Made by a program: the position numbers and the translations under genes
Notes under the pieces: generated by a model
The model's database searches: none
What the model was told of the DNA's origin: nothing
The model's input: the letters and a program-made list of their open reading frames with translations, nothing else
Shown: in pieces, positions 21,101 to 32,004 of the stretch
How positions within the stretch are numbered: the stretch's first letter is position 1
Layout of the letters: every line of letters begins with the position of its first letter
Assembly: GCA_013265495.1 (NCBI GenBank)
Contig: MU058009.1
Coordinates: 3,925,780 to 3,985,779, forward strand
Source of the DNA: Vicugna vicugna
Lineage: Eukaryota
Direction: 5' to 3'
Length of the DNA: 60,000 bases

Positions 21101-23369
21101 TGACGCAGAATTCCATCACGTCATACGCAATGCTTCTTCCAATAAAGAACTTGCAAATGAACTACTTAACGCCATCAGTTAGCACACATTCTAGGTTATA
21201 CTTACAATTAGGTCATTTTCACTCACACTAATTCTGATATAATTTCTCGGACAGGGATTGGATGCAGTTAGAGGCAACCTGGCAGGAGTGACGCTTTCCT
21301 TATGGGGGTATGTTGGGGATGTGGTCAGCACCCATCCCTGGGGGGAAGGACCACCGTCCTGGGGGGAGAGCTGCCCTTAGAGGAACTCCAAATTCCCATC
21401 TCTTGTCTTGTCGTGTGACAGAGTGTGTGCTTCCCATCCTCTTTTGAAAGTGGCAGAGTCGCCACCCAGAGCCAAGCCACGACTGTCGAAGTCCAGATTT
21501 GAACCTGACCGAACAAATTCGCATTCCGTGCCCACTTTCCACTGACCGCTGCCTCCTCCAACAGGGAGGCGCGGGGAGCCTGGGACAGAGGCTGGGAACA
21601 GGTGGAGGAAGAGCGAGGAGGAAGTGAATCGCCATTTATCACTGTGATCAGGAGGCTACCCCAAGCCGGTCTAATCACCCTGAGCAGAGAGAGATGCAGA
21701 GCTAGTTTACGGATTGCAGTGAGCAGCCTGACACGGCTGATTGATGTCAAATATGTCGTGATGTATGTTGTAAAGCGGGGAGATTTAATGGTGTAACTCG
21801 ATGGCAGGCTAGGAAGTGCGCTGCTGCAAAGTGAGGAGTGATGGATAGGCTCATTTACATGTAAAATTGCCAATGGCACTGGCAGCCCTGGTGTGTGGGG
21901 GGAGATAAGAGACACAGAGCAAGACCTGGTCTTGTCCTAGGACTGGAATATTAAAATGCAGCTGTGGAAGCATCTGGAGTTGGCAATGGACTTTAAAGAT
22001 ACATTTTTCACCTTTCAGCCCTGAGGCAATCTACGTCTTTTATAAGGTTTTCAAAAAAAGTCACCAGGACGTCCCTGGACCGAGTACTTACAAGAGACGG
22101 TGATGCTGGTACGAAATCCAGCTGTATGGGGATGGCTGGCAAACCAAAACGCTCCACGGCTTTTGTGCCCCAGCCTAACGGTCTCAGCGCGCTCGCAGAG
22201 CGGCAGCGCGGAAGCCCGTCTGCCTCCCCAGACTCCTGTCTGCACAGGCCTCCTCATCCTGTTCCAGGGAGAGACTCAGCCTCTCCCCTCTCCCCCGTGT
22301 GTGTGCTTCTGTCCGGTTCCCCGTGTTCTTTCTTCTCTAATAAGGATGCCATTAGCACGGGCGGGCTAATGTCTGTTACATAAGAGAGTAGGGAAAATTG
22401 ATTTATCCTCTCAACAAGTAATGTTTGGATCAACTCCAGCTGAAATTTCAGCCATGAGGATAGACTCCTGGACCTGAATTAGATGGTGGGAGCCCACTTC
22501 ATGTCCGTCCCCAACATCGGCCAGCCTGCCTTTCCTCATTCTGTTCCTCCACCCCTCCTGTCTCAGTTCCTCCTCCACACAACACACCCCAGGCATCGCG
22601 CTGGGTCCTGGAGACACAGCAGGGAACGAGACACGGGACAGATCGTGGGTCACAGAGGAGGAGAGAACCCGGGACAGCACTTCACGAAGGCTGCTTTAAG
22701 AAGCCAAGGAGAGACCACGGGGATGCACAGAGACGTCTCCATGGGACGGAGGGGGTGTGGCGGTCAGATTCATAGGGAGGACTCCTGGAGGAGTCAGCAC
22801 CTGACCCAAGATGGAAGGTAGCGAGGCAACGTGCGGAAGGGAGCTTTTGCCGAGGAAACCTGTGGTGCATATGCATGCAGGGCAGGAATGTGTCTCGCAG
22901 ATTTGAGGACCTGAAACTAGAGTCATGCAAGAGAACAGGGGCACTTGAGCATGGACAGTCAGGAGATGAGGATGAAGAAACCACTGGCATCACGAAGAGC
23001 CTGGCTACACCTGTTCAAAAGGTGTGGACCATGACGCACAGAGGACCCGTGGTGCACGCAGGGATGTACTAGACCTGCCCAACCCATGGATTCGCCTCGA
23101 ATAAGCTGGGTCTCACTTCTGGGTGTGATTGCCAGTCGTGTGGTGAGAAAGGTACGCTGACAATGATAAAATGGATCATCAAGGCCAGGCCTCTCGGGGT
23201 GCTCACTGCTGGTAATTAAGCACATAACATTTAGAACTAAGGATTTACCAAACATATTTGTCAATTCAGTTTAATGCACTTTATGCACTTCTTCAATAAC
23301 CAGATGATTGTTATCATGACAGCAAATTAATTTTATACGTTAGTGAAGAGCATCCGTACTTTAACATCC

Positions 23370-23650
23370 CATCATTCTTTCATTCCTTCAACACACATTT
23401 ACTGAGAATTTACTAAGCCCAAGGCTCTTTGCAAGGGGATAGGGACCCCGCGGTGAATTAGATGTGCGCTTCTCACAGGCCAATGAGGGAGACAGGTGTG
23501 CAGAATGATTGTAAACACAGCACAAACTGAGCTACTGTAAAGAGTGGAGAGTAAAGGAGTTTATGGCCTTTGCTGGAATCTGGGATGCTCAAGAGAAGAG
23601 ATGTTTGTGCTCCATCTTAAAGAAGGTTTAGGAGTTTTCCATGGGCAACT
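23370..23650 (-). mobile_element. L2 3' end
   Basis: 'cattctttcattccttcaacacacatttactgagaatttactaagcccaagg...ggtgaattagatg...gagggagacagg'. Confidence 0.65.
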
Positions 23651-23849
23651 TTTGCTGATGAAGCAGTTAGGGAGTTTGGGTGCAAATAGCACATTCACAT
23701 AGAGTTTTATGGAATTGCACTAATAAAATTAACATGATGTTATAATGAATTGGGTTTATTCAGCTTTACACATGATCTCTTATTCTTCTGAGGACTCGGT
23801 TGTGACATTACTTCTCTGATGGAGTCGGCAGCAAGGTACTAGCCAGGAC

Positions 23850-24060
23850 CAGACCCTCTAGAATCGCAGAGACCTGGGTTCCGATGTCACCTTTGCCGCT
23901 TAACCGTCGTGAGGCCTCGCGTGAGTCCCTTAAACTTCCTGCCCTTCGTTCTCCTCTGTCATGAGCTCGTGGAACATTGAAAGAGGCAATGTGTTTAGCT
24001 CGGGGTCAAGCACACAGTAAGAGTTAAGTAAATGTTAGCCATGTATGATTAATATTATTA
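23850..24060 (+). mobile_element. MIR SINE
   Basis: 'agacctgggttccgatgtcacctttgccgcttaacc...gagtcccttaaactt...agcacacagtaagagttaagtaaatgttagc'. Confidence 0.65.
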
Positions 24061-25544
24061 CTAGTACCCATCATTTAACGCCTAATGAAACTTTGAATGA
24101 ACCACAACACAGTAACTTTCTGGAGCTAATGTACCTCCTGGAAGCCTTAATACAGCATGCTTCTCCTCCCCGGGAAGGACGGGCGGTCGTAAATCACCAA
24201 CACAAGGCGAGCCCACGCTGCCCTTATCCTCTGCTCACCACTTGGGTTTTCCTCCAATTATTGTATTTTCCCCAGTGTTTCCTTTTTTCACTCCTCAGCC
24301 GAAAACTTCCTGCGTGTGCTGACTCGGTCTTCCAGGTCATTAGCAAGGCGGCTGTGGCCGCGTGCACCTGGGGCCCCTCCTCAGCCTCCCTCGCCCCGTC
24401 GAGGCGCCTCCCCCACGCTGGTTCTCCCAGAGACCAGACTGGGAGCCTGCGCAAGCGGGTACGCGTCACACGTCCACGTCACGCGTCCACGTGGTCATGT
24501 GAAGACAGAGGCTCTGGGACCCGCTCACGGGGCCGTCTTCCCTCCCCCTCCACACTCCCCGCTTTTTCAGAACGCTTCATCCATAGCTTGGTGCTGAAAA
24601 GCACTCCTGAGCTTGTCCTGTTCTTAATCAATCCAGGGAAAAGAAAATGCAGAAAGAACGAAAACAAAACGAAACTCAAAAAACAGACAGAAAGGGGAAA
24701 TGAGTGGCGCCCTCTGAAACCCCTCCGAGCTCTCGCTCCGTCCTGCCTGTGGCGCCCACAGTGCCCTGCGTGGCCCACACATCGCCTCTGAGTGGTTTCC
24801 GCCGCCGCCCTCTGCTCTGTGGAGCTGCGCCCCCTGGTGCCCAGTCTAGAAACCTGGGCTTTGCTCTCATCTCTGTCCTCAGCCATCCCGTCTGGACCCT
24901 CGCCGGGCCAGCTCCCCCGGGTCTCTCCCAAGCAGCCACGTCTCCGCCCCCCGCTGCCACCTGCCGCACCAGCATGCAGCAGGCAGTGGCGCTGGACGGT
25001 CCTCCTTCATTGTCACTCTTCTCCAGCCTTTCCTCTGCTCAGCAATCAGAGACCTGTTGAAATGCAGTTGTGACCTGGGTGGCCTCCGGCTGAAGATACT
25101 TCCAGGCTTTCTACCGCCCTCAGCTCAGGGCCCAGCTCAGACTCTTTGCTTGGCTGAGAAGGATGATCTCGACCCCAAGACGCTTCATCCCCGGGGCCCG
25201 TGGTGCTACCTGTCACCACCCCGTGCCCCCACCCCTGCCGCCCCTGCACTGCCTGGCTACTCTGTCTGTTGCTTTAGACTTTAGATATGACTTCCTCTGG
25301 GGAGCCTTCCAACCCAACCGTCCTCTGCTCCATGCCCGTGTCTGAGCTTCCGCAGCCTCCCAAACCCTCATCACAGCGCCCACCCCGCTCTGCTCTAGTG
25401 CGGCGGCCTGGCCGACCGCTGTCCCCGCTGTCCCCTCGCTAGGCCGTGCTGAGTGAGGACAGGCGTTACCTCCCTTGCTCACGGCAATCTGCCAGCACAG
25501 TTCCTGGATTGCAGTAGGCGCTCCGTATGTAGGTAGCATGCTTT

Positions 25545-26643
25545 GTTTTTGGGTTTTTTTTTTTTTGCATTTTTTTAAATTGGCGTATAGATGATTTACA
25601 ATGTTGTGTTAGTTTCTGGTGTACAGCATAGAAATTCAGTTATGTATATATACACTCTTTTTCATCATAGGTCATTACAAGATTTTGAATTTAGTTCCCT
25701 GTTCTACACTATGAGACCTTCTTGTATATCTATTTTATATACAGTAGTTTGTATCTGCTAACCCCAAACTCCTAATTTATCCCTCCCTGCCCTTCCCCTT
25801 TGGTAACCATAAGTTTGTTTTTTTACGTCTGTGAGTCTGTTTCTCTTTTGTAAATAAGTTCATTTATATCATTTTTTTGAGATTCCGCATGTAAGTGCTA
25901 TCATACGATATTTGTCTTTCCCTTTCTGGCTTACTTCATGTAGTATGATCATCTCTAAGTCCATCCATGTTGCTGGAAGTGGCATTATTTCATTCTTTTT
26001 TATGGCTGAACAGTATTCCATGGTATAAGTATACCACCTCTTCTTTATCCAGCCATCTGTTGATGGACATGTAGGTTGCTTCCAGGTCTTGGCTATTGTA
26101 AGTAGTGCTGCTATGAACATTGGGGTGCGTGTATTTTTTCAAATTAGAGTTTCCTCTGGATACATGCCCAGGAGTGGGATTGCTGGATCATATGGTGAGC
26201 CTATTTTTAGTTTTTTAAGGAATCTCCATACTGTTTTTCATAGTAGCTGCACCCAATAACTTTCCCACCCAGTGTAGGAGGGTTCCCTTTCTTTCACACC
26301 CTCTCCAGAATTTATCATTTGTGGACTTTTTAATGATGGTCATTCTGACCACTGTGAGCTGATACCTCATTGTAGTTTCGATTTGCATTTCTCTGGTAAT
26401 TAGTGATATTGAGCATCTTTTCATGTGCCTGTTGGCCATCTGTGTGTCTTCATTGGAGAAATGTCTGTTTAGGTCTTCTGCCCATTTTTTATTGAGTTAT
26501 TTGTTTTTTTTGTTACTGAGATGTATGAGCTGTTTGTATTTTCTGGAGATTAAGCCCTTGTCACTTGCATTGTTTACAAATATTTTCTCCAATTCCGTAG
26601 GTTGTCTTTCGGTTTTGTTTATGGTTTCCTTTGCTGTGCAAAA
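25545..26643 (-). mobile_element. 5'-truncated LINE-1 (about 1.1 kb): ORF2 C-terminus, 3'UTR and poly(A); relatively young cetartiodactyl/camelid L1
   Basis: Minus-strand ORFs 25869-26120 ([47 protein letters not shown]...WMDLEMIILHEVSQ) and 26215-26439 ([29 protein letters not shown]) are the hallmark L1 ORF2p C-terminus. Poly-T at about 25545-25575. Candidate TSD TATGTAGGTAGCATGCTTT (25526-25544) / TATATTGGTAGAATTCTTT (26644-26662), 15/19 identical. Confidence 0.95.
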
Positions 26644-28364
26644 TATATTGGTAGAATTCTTTAAGAATCCTTTTCAGGAGGAGACAAAGCCAATCAGGGA
26701 TGAAACCAAGACCACCCCAGGAGTGGGACCACAAACTCCGCTCTGCACAGGAAAGGGGCCGTTGGCTTTTCTCCCCACCTCCTGCCTTCCGGCCCCCGGT
26801 CTCTCCCCGCCCCTCTCCTGATCAGGATCCAGCCTCTCATCTCTCTCAACTCAACAGTCAGTAGAAGGGCCTAAATTGGGATATTTCCAGAGCAGGTTGA
26901 GTAAGCGCTGGCTGAGCTGACCCTGATAGAAACGCTTAAGGAGCTTTACAGGAGGATTAAGCTGCTGCCTTTAATCTTGCTTCCTTCCAGGTGGCAGGAG
27001 CCGATTCCAGCATGTGGGCAGGGCTGAGCAGCAGCATCTCTGAGCCTCTGCGTTGCAGGCTGTGGGGGGCTGTGCACCTGGGAGGCCACGAGCCAGAACG
27101 GGGGGAGGCATGGGGCAAAGAGGCAACTGTTCCCATTGCAACAGTCTGACAGCCCGCCTGCAACATCTTCTCTTTTCTCCTCCTTTGTTTACAAGTCAGA
27201 AGGCTTTCCATTTCTAAATGCGAAGTGCTCTCATTAGTGGCTGGAAAATTCTGCGTTTGTGGATTATATAACAACCAAGGCTAGAGCCAGACACAGAAGC
27301 AGCGAGGATTTATTCTGGATCACACCAAGTGAACCCATCTGAGTTCAGTTGGAGGGAACATCTGACGCTCCTCGCTCACCATGAATGCATCTCAGATGCA
27401 GTCATCCCCTGTCATCTGCATTTTCATACGTGTCATGTGGCGTGGCCTGGGGAACAGTGTCTGTCCCTCGGCCCCCAGGACTCACCAAAGAGTAGCCAGT
27501 TGCCCCTGAGATAACCTAGCCCGATTGTTTCCTAAGGGCCCTGAAAAGGGCGAGTGGACGTTTTCACCGCATCTGGGAAGCGTCCCTTCTTGGATGCACC
27601 ATATTTTAGAGGCTTTGTTCACGTGGATTAAAGACAGAAGCAATGGACGTCCGGGTGGGGAAATAATTTCATTGGATATTAAAGCCAGAAAAGGAGTTTA
27701 AAGAGCATTTAGTTCAAGTCATCGATGACCGCTGAAGAGCCTGAGCCCGGGGACTTACCCGCAGATCGCACAGCCCTGTGTGTTCAGCATCTCCCCCTGC
27801 GCTTCTCAGCCTTCCTCTGCGATCACGCCCAGGCTGTCCAAGCCCCTGCAGACCCGCGCGAGTCCCCTGAAAGACCCCAGCACGCCGCTCTAATAGTCAC
27901 TGATGAGCAAGACAGGACTACCACACCCAGCACTGCGGCCTCCGCGTTCGTAGGTGACATTTAAGACCAAGAGTGATTTCATGTAGGACAGATCTGCTCC
28001 TAAAAAATTAAATAAAAGTAGAATTACCTTGAGGGATTTAGGGAGAGTGAGAATTTAATGGATGGTGCTGGTTTTTGAGAACAAACACTTCACCCTAAAA
28101 AGGCTTCTCTCAGCCTTTTGTCTTCTTGGGACTAGAAGCCTGGCCTGGAGCTGGCCTGGCTCACACTGGGCATCTCTCCCAGCAGGGGTGCCGCCCTCAG
28201 GCTCACTGCTGCCCTGTCATCTCTGGGCCAATGGCATTAAGAGGGGTGGGGGGTGGCGACGCGAGTACCCCAGGAATCCTCCTGTGTTGCGTGCTCTTGG
28301 GGCTCCTCACAGGCTGTCCTGGGAGCAGGTGCAGACAGACGGTCTGCTCTGGCCTCCTTCCTTC

Positions 28365-28933
28365 TGCTGTGGGAGAATAGGTTCTTGCCTCCCACAAGGA
28401 GAAATTCAAGAGCGAGGCATGGTAAGGTGAAAGCAAGCTTATTTCTACAGATACCACTCTGGAGAGTGGGGTCTGCTCCCTCAGAAGGGAAAACGGCCGT
28501 GGAGATGCACACTCCGTAGGCAGAATGTGGGCCGCCTCAGAAAGATGCGAGGGAGAGAGACTGAGAGGTGTGGGTGTTTAGTTTAAAGTAAAAGTAGGTA
28601 CACACTCCGCAGACAGAGTGCGGGCCGTGTCAGAAGGTGAGAGAGAGAGCGCAGCCACGAGGCGCAGGGTTGTTCGTTTTTATGGCCTCAGTGATTTCAC
28701 ATGCTAATGAGCAGAAGGGTTATTCCAGCCACCTTGGGGAAAGGCCCCCGCCCACTTCGGGGCCTTTTCTGGCCACCCTGGGAACGGTCCTGGCGCCTGT
28801 GGGTGCGCCACGGGGCTCAAGGTCCACTGGAAGCCCAGTCTTGCGCCTTCTTGGTTCTAACCAGTGTGTCCTGTCCCCCGCTGCTGGGTCCTTCCCTCAC
28901 TGGCTGAGCCCGGCCCCCTCTCCTCCTGTTTCG
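28365..28933 (-). mobile_element. ERV1-type solo LTR
   Basis: Starts TG and ends ...ctcctgtttCG (likely mutated CA), with a 4-bp TSD CTTC (28361-28364 / 28934-28937). LTR-like 'aggttcttg...agaaattcaagagcgag...gaaagcaagcttattt' and three internal related repeats. Confidence 0.75.
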
Positions 28934-29819
28934 CTTCCTCCCCTCTGGTCCTCCTTTCCTGAGTAACGCCTCATCTGCACGGAGGCCTTGGCCACGTCAC
29001 CGTGCTCTGACCGGGGACTCACCGCTGCCTCTTTACCCCGTTGGTTTATGCCGGGTGACTGGCTGGCTTCCCAGCCTCACAGGGGCTGGTGCCGGCGGCC
29101 GTTGCTGGACTTGAATTGTACCACTTGCTGTCTTTGCAAATAAGGGAGAACCCTCCTGCCTGCCGTCTTCCAAAGAGATTTTTCGTCACCGGCAACACTG
29201 AAAGCGATAGGCTGGGCGCTGGGGGTGCACCGAGACCCCCCGCACCTGCTCCCTCTCACACCTTAGCAGTTTTTTGCACCCAGCAGACGTCAGCTGAAGG
29301 AGTCTGAGAGGGACAATGACCTGAAATCTCCCTCCTGGCTTCCCAACCCACCTTCACGCTGCAGTGCCTCCTTCACAAGGATTTCCAGGGAATTAATTTA
29401 AAATGGCTTTCTGCTACCCTGCCAGTGTCTCTGCAGAGGGCCTCCCACCACCCGGGCCTGCCTGGTTCCCACCCAGACTCTCCTACTGACTTTAAAACAC
29501 ACTTAAACACAATGGAAGACCCTTTTTTAAGGAGTTACGAAGCTCTCTACCTAGTGACAAAGACTAAAATCCCCCTGGGCACAGACACATCCCTGCCGGA
29601 GGAGAAGCCGGGTCCCTCTCGGCTGCAAAGCCGTACATTTGCATATTGATCGAATCTGCGGACGTGTGTAGCTGGGCTGGGATATTAGAAGCCATCAGGC
29701 ACAATTCAGTGCAGCCGTTCGCCTCTCGGAAATTTGTGGGGAAGGTGATTACTTAACATCTAGTGAGGCGGCCGTTCTCAGTTTCCAGAGACAAGCCGCA
29801 CTTCGATGCACCCACGGGA

Positions 29820-29950
29820 GGCATCGTTCATTCACTCAGTCATTCAACCAACTGCTACTTTTTTTTCAACCAATAGTTACTGAATCCCTTCTGTGTCGGG
29901 CGTTGTCAGTAACCCGAGAAACCGCAGGGACGTAGTGACAGTGTCAGATG
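29820..29950 (-). mobile_element. L2 3' tail fragment
   Basis: 'cattcactcagtcattcaacc...ttcaaccaatagttactgaatcccttctgtgtcgggc'. Confidence 0.5.
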
Positions 29951-30139
29951 CCGTAGCCGTTGTCTGTGCTGCTTTCTACACTTACCGACTGTCTGTCTAC
30001 CCAGCATCACTGCAGGGTGTAGCAGGAATCATAGTGTCCTCTCTCTGCCTCTTAATACAGGACATCTCTGACCTCCCCTCAGAGATTCAGTGCACAGACA
30101 CGGCGCCGACGTGTGCTGGTTGTTCTGCATGAGTCCTGG

Positions 30140-30320
30140 CTCAAGGAGTTTCAAGGTCAGAGAGACATCAAACTCAAAGGGATCTAGTGAGCCCATCCTC
30201 CCCACTCCCCTTTAATGGATGAAGACGGCGAGCCTTGGAGAGTTTAGGTGACTTGCCAAGTCACAAAGGTAGCTGTTGGTGGAGCTGACGCCAGACCCCA
30301 CTGGTCCTAACTGCCTTCTG
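30140..30320 (-). mobile_element. MIR/MIR3 SINE
   Basis: 'cctttaatggatgaagacggcgagccttggagagtttaggtgacttgccaagtcacaaaggtagct'. Confidence 0.6.
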
Positions 30321-30481
30321 GCTCCTCTCTCTGCTGTGTACGTTTGTGATAAAAACCTGTAAGCCCAGCTGAAGAAGAGACTGTAAGGGACCTTCTAGTC
30401 CAAAGGCTCTCGGCTTTGGCTGCACATTCACAGTCAACTGGAAGAACATGGCAAACCACTGAAGGCCAGGTTCCACCCCCA

Positions 30482-30928
30482 GGTCGACTGAAAAAAAAAA
30501 GTTACAACCTAAAAGTTGAGAATTATGTTTCATTTGGTGGACATCCTGGGGGTTCCCAGCCTGGGAGACAGCCCCTCAGATGGCTGCGAGGGGCTGCTCT
30601 GCAGAGGCAGGGAAGGAGCCAGGATATACAGGAGTTTTTGCAACAAAGACCAGGTGGTTGGAACGTCAAAAGATGACTGTTAAGTGAAGAAAACCAGGTA
30701 TCTCAAGTTCAGGAATGTAGCACTTTTCTATGTATGGGAAGATGCAAAAGTCTGGGCTCACTGGAATCATTCCTTTGATGTGCACCTTAGCTGTCCAGGG
30801 CCAGTGTCCTGTCCTCTCCCACCCTGCGTCCCCGCAGGGGCGCCCTCGGGGTCTCTGCAGTGGCCGATGGCTTGGCAGCCACAACGTCCTTTGCTTGCTG
30901 ATCTGGCAGGTGGTGTTTTTCATTCACA
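30482..30928 (-). mobile_element. ERV1-type solo LTR (cetartiodactyl family, possibly MER41-like)
   Basis: 'gtcgactgaaaaaaaaaagttacaacctaaaagttgagaattatgttt...aggagccaggatatacaggagtttttgcaacaaagaccagg...tttctatgtatgggaagatgcaaaagtctgggctca...tttttcattcaca' matches a common artiodactyl LTR as I recall it. Perfect 5-bp TSD CCCCA (30477-30481 / 30929-30933). Confidence 0.85.
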
Positions 30929-32004
30929 CCCCAAGACATTTTAATGTGCTCGATTTGGGTCCAGGTCTGGGTTACTGAATGTTTGCAAGTCCTAGACGAT
31001 CCTTGGATGTTCCTTTCAGGGAAAAATCGGATGGACCGAGTTCATCCTACAGCCACGCCGATTCATCCATTCGTTTCATTCCACGTATTTCCTGAAATAC
31101 TAGTTTAGCAAGAGAGAGGCTCGTAGAAATCCTCCCAGGCAGTCCAGGCCCCGGGTCAGGAAGGTTCTGCCGGGCTCCCAGCCCCCGGGTCACTTCGTGA
31201 CCCCTCACCTGGTTCCTACACGTCACTCACTGGCAGGACTGGCCAAGGTGTGCGAGCTGCCCGTCTCCCAAGCCTCCTCACGCGGGAGCCCCAGGGGAGG
31301 CGTGCTGCCGTCTGCTGGGACCACGCTCACGTTCAGGGCCGCGATGGGGGCGCCAGGGGCTTGCTTCCCTTTATTGACTTTTAATTACGATTTTCCTACA
31401 TGGCTCTGCTCCCCCGTGAGGGTGACAGCCCCCGGTAATGGGATTAGGTGGGGGGATGCTGCGGCGGGCGGGCGTCCGAGTCTCCTGTGTCTGGATCTCA
31501 CCCAGATAATTGATTTCGGTCTGTTCCCTGACACTTGCCTTCACGGCACAGGGTGTTATTAGGGCCTTTGTTCTATTTTTGAGTGACAAAGCCTTTACAA
31601 GCCAGCCGAGCAAAAGCAATTGTTGCATCTCTCACTTTTCTTATTAACTAACAGAGAATTGCAGGCGGCCTGAAACCCGCTGAGAGAAATAATAACATAA
31701 GCGGCTGCTTGGGGGCCAAGTGGGTCCTTTCAACCACAACAGCCTGGCAGGATTAACAAGCCCCCCCCACCCCCGCTGGATCCCAGCTCTCCGGCTCCGG
31801 TCTCCCATCCCCTCTGCCTCCCCGTCACATCTCTATTGGGTTCCGAGCACTCTCCTGCTGCCTGGGGGGGCTGGGGAGAAGCCACCCTCAGCCCCAGCGG
31901 GCCCCTGGGCCTGCTCCTCCCCCCGCTCTCTGCGGGGTGGAATGACACCCCACCCCGGTGGCCGCTGCTTGTTGGTGTTCAGGGGTTTCTGGGCTGGTTT
32001 CTAT

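Noticed and set aside
25869..26439. Protein-coding gene with recognisable peptide
   Set aside because: These are fragments of L1 ORF2p in a 5'-truncated, frameshifted retrotransposon copy.
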